NCBI RefSeq assembly: GCF_001194135.2 | Contig: NC_068981.1 | Location: 10,699,050-10,732,835, forward strand | Reading direction: 5' to 3' | From: Octopus bimaculoides | Lineage: Eukaryota | DNA length: 33,786 nt | Part shown: positions 33,338-33,786 of the stretch, one piece after another | How the letters are laid out: every line of letters starts with the position of its first letter | How positions within the stretch are numbered: the stretch's first letter is position 1 | Translations under genes and position numbers: made by a program | The notes under the pieces: model-generated | The model's input: only the letters and a program-made list of their open reading frames with translations | The model's database searches: none | What the model was told of the DNA's origin: nothing

Positions 33338-33490
33338 CTCTTACTTGTTTCATTCAGTTGTCTGCGGCCATGCTAGAGCACCGCCTTAAAGGGTTTTAGT
33401 CGAAAAAAAGTCGATCCCACGACTTAGTCTTTGTAAGTCTAGTACTTATTCTATCGGGTTGTTAGGCTGAAGCGCTAGGTTACGGTGACC
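33338..33490 (-). mobile_element. SINE family B, 3' part
   Basis: ctgcggccatgctagagcaccgcc..agtacttattctatcg. Confidence 0.8.
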
Positions 33491-33504
33491 TAAACATACG
33501 AACA

Positions 33505-33727
33505 TCTGGCAGAAACGTTAGCACGCTGGGCGAAATGCTTAGCGTATTTCGTCTGCCGCTACGTTCTGAGTTCAAATTCCGCCTAGGTCGACTTTGCCTT
33601 TCATCCTTTCGGGGTCGATTAAATAAGTACCAGTTACGCACTGAGGTTGATATAATCGACTTAATCCGTTTGTCTGTCTTTGTTTGTCCCCTCTGTGTGT
33701 AGCCCCTTGTGGGTAGTAAAGAAATAA
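33505..33727 (+). mobile_element. SINE family A
   Basis: ctggcagaaacgttagcacg...gagttcaaattcc...gcctttcatcctttcggggtcgattaaataagtaccag...gtttgtcccctctgtg. Confidence 0.88.
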
Positions 33728-33786
33728 CACAGACACATACATACATTCTCTTCCTCTCTTTCTCCCTCCTCCCATACCCACCTTCC

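Overview
AT-rich, repeat-dense animal genomic DNA with several assembly gaps. The SINE families and microsatellite load look like Octopus (inference). Manual splicing gives two interleaved genes. (1) A plus-strand, about 13-exon patatin-like phospholipase-fold gene (ATG 7311 to TGA 25229, roughly 500-530 aa). It has an N-myristoylation-type start (MGNRQSS) and a degenerate EF-hand-like insert. Its oxyanion loop (GGGxKG to GNNVKS) and nucleophile elbow (GxSxG to GVGTS) are altered while DGG is kept, so it is a candidate pseudo-enzyme. (2) A minus-strand glycine N-acyltransferase-like (GNAT) gene with exons at 30626-30546, 26796-26688, 3489-3372 and 2364-1959. The last three join in frame, which would nest the whole patatin gene antisense inside one ~23 kb intron. 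The remainder is many tRNA-derived SINEs, a full-length decayed mariner, Tigger/pogo, RTE, RLE-type LINE and Penelope-like fragments, Helitron-like elements, hairpins and microsatellites. All protein family calls come from recalled motif consensus, not from database searches.
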